From the NCBI GenBank assembly GCA_963737635.1, contig CAVTTL010000001.1, positions 832,001-896,000 on the forward strand: 64,000 nt of DNA, read 5' to 3'. Numbering within the stretch: the stretch's first letter is position 1; each line of letters starts with the position of its first letter. Below are positions 62,821 through 64,000 of the stretch, piece by piece. The position numbers were made by a program, and so were the translations under genes. The notes under the pieces are model-generated. The model was not told where the DNA came from. It saw only the letters and a list, made by a program, of their open reading frames with translations, and did not search any database. The DNA is from an uncultured Methanoregulaceae archaeon (GTDB taxonomy: Archaea > Halobacteriota > Methanomicrobia > Methanomicrobiales > Methanospirillaceae).

Positions 62821-64000
62821 TCAGATGAACAAGGGGGCAAGCACGAGCGAGAGCGTTGCCAGCAGCTTGATGAGTACGTGAAGCGAGGGGCCTGCAGTAT
62901 CCTTGAAGGGATCGCCCAACGTGTCGCCGATGACCGCTGCCTTGTGGGCCTCGCTGCCCTTGCCGCCGTGGGCACCACTCTCAATGTATTTCTTCGCGTT
63001 GTCCCATGCACCGCCGCCATTGTTGAGGATCAGGGCGAGAAGGATACCGGTGATGGTCCCGACAAGGAGGAACCCTCCGAGCGCTTCGTACTTCATGGTC
63101 ACGCCTATGAAGATCGGGAATGCGACGGCGAGAACGCCGGGGAGCACCATGTTCTTGAGTGCTCCAAGGGTGGTGATATCGATAACCCGGGCGTAGTCCG
63201 GCTTTTTCGTACCCGCCATGATGGCCGGGTCCTTGAACTGGATACGGACTTCGGTGATCACGTACTGGGCGGTCTTGGAGACTGCCCGGATCGCCAAGCC
63301 TGCAAAGAGGAAGATAAGCATCGCGCCAAGGAGCGCTCCGACAAAGACCGGGATCGAGGCGATGTTCACCGTGTCAAAAGTCTTCCCGATCAGCCGGGAA
63401 ATATCGGACATGTAGGCATTAAAGAGCAGGAAAACGGCAAGAGCGGCACTGCCGATTGCGTATCCCTTCGTCAGGGCCTTGGTGGTATTGCCGGCTGCGT
63501 CGAGGGCATCCATGCGTTTCCTGACATCTTCGGGGGCCTGGCTCATCTCGACAATGCCGCCAGCGTTGTCGGCAATGGGGCCAAACGCGTCCATTGCAAG
63601 GACGTAGGCGCATACTGAGAGCATGCCGATCGTCGCGACTGCCGTTCCGTAGATGCCGCCAAAAGCGATGCCGGTCATAGTTCCGCACTGGTAGGCGAGG
63701 AGCAGGGCGGCACCAATAAGGATGGCCGGGGCTGCGGTGGTCTCAAGGGCGACTGAGAAACCGGTGATGATGTTTGTCGCCGCTCCGGTCTCGGAGGCAT
63801 CAGCGATCTCTTGGACGGGCCGGTAGTGGTGGTCAGTGTAGTAGAGCGTGACCCGGAGGAACAGCACCGAGAGCACAATACCGACGAGGCCGGCGAGGTA
63901 AAACCAGACGATGCCCTGCAGGAGCCAGTTCACAGCCACGTACAGGAGGATGGCGCTGATTATTGCGGTGATGTAGTACCCCCTGTTCATGGAGACCATC
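62821..64000 (-). CDS. hppA: Membrane-integral proton-translocating pyrophosphatase (5' part outside the window)
   Basis: DAFGPIADNAGGIVEM, LDAAGNTTKA, GGAWDNAKK and GDTLGDPFKDTAGPS. Confidence 0.93.
   Translation of the reverse strand, partial: MVSMNRGYYITAIISAILLYVAVNWLLQGIVWFYLAGLVGIVLSVLFLRVTLYYTDHHYRPVQEIADASETGAATNIITGFSVALETTAAPAILIGAALLLAYQCGTMTGIAFGGIYGTAVATIGMLSVCAYVLAMDAFGPIADNAGGIVEMSQAPEDVRKRMDALDAAGNTTKALTKGYAIGSAALAVFLLFNAYMSDISRLIGKTFDTVNIASIPVFVGALLGAMLIFLFAGLAIRAVSKTAQYVITEVRIQFKDPAIMAGTKKPDYARVIDITTLGALKNMVLPGVLAVAFPIFIGVTMKYEALGGFLLVGTITGILLALILNNGGGAWDNAKKYIESGAHGGKGSEAHKAAVIGDTLGDPFKDTAGPSLHVLIKLLATLSLVLAPLFI

Noticed and set aside
1-64000. tRNA, rRNA, provirus or defence-system genes
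   Set aside because: No cloverleaf, rRNA-like tract, integrase, capsid, cas or restriction-modification gene was recognised by eye; a tRNAscan/Infernal run would be needed to exclude small RNAs.

Overview
Archaeal chromosomal DNA. Gene content (methanogenesis markers, RadB, Hel308, Cdc6, archaeal GAPDH/TyrS/PurA) points to a Methanomicrobiales methanogen, most similar to Methanoregula (inference). It contains the probable replication origin (three ORB boxes around an AT-rich tract, upstream of cdc6) and the methyl-CoM reductase activation cluster atwA-mmp3-mmp6-mmp5-mmp15-mmp17-mmp7. It also holds a surface-glycosylation gene set, a ribosome-biogenesis/tRNA cluster, cbiB-pdxST, a lipoprotein serpin, an HxlR-linked redox-stress cluster, class II ribonucleotide reductase and a membrane pyrophosphatase. 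One intact IS5-family element has 17-bp IRs and an 8-bp target duplication. The most notable unexplained signals are three. (1) An intergenic minus-strand RNA at 23761-23850 has the pseudoknot layout and pocket nucleotides of an SAH riboswitch, with a fully covaried pseudoknot helix. (2) Decayed IS5 ends flank a glycosyltransferase gene directly against oriC. (3) About 24 single-base frameshifts fall mostly at CCGG/GTAC/AGCT; these are probably read errors at methylated sites rather than real pseudogenes. All calls are by eye from motifs; no database search was run.
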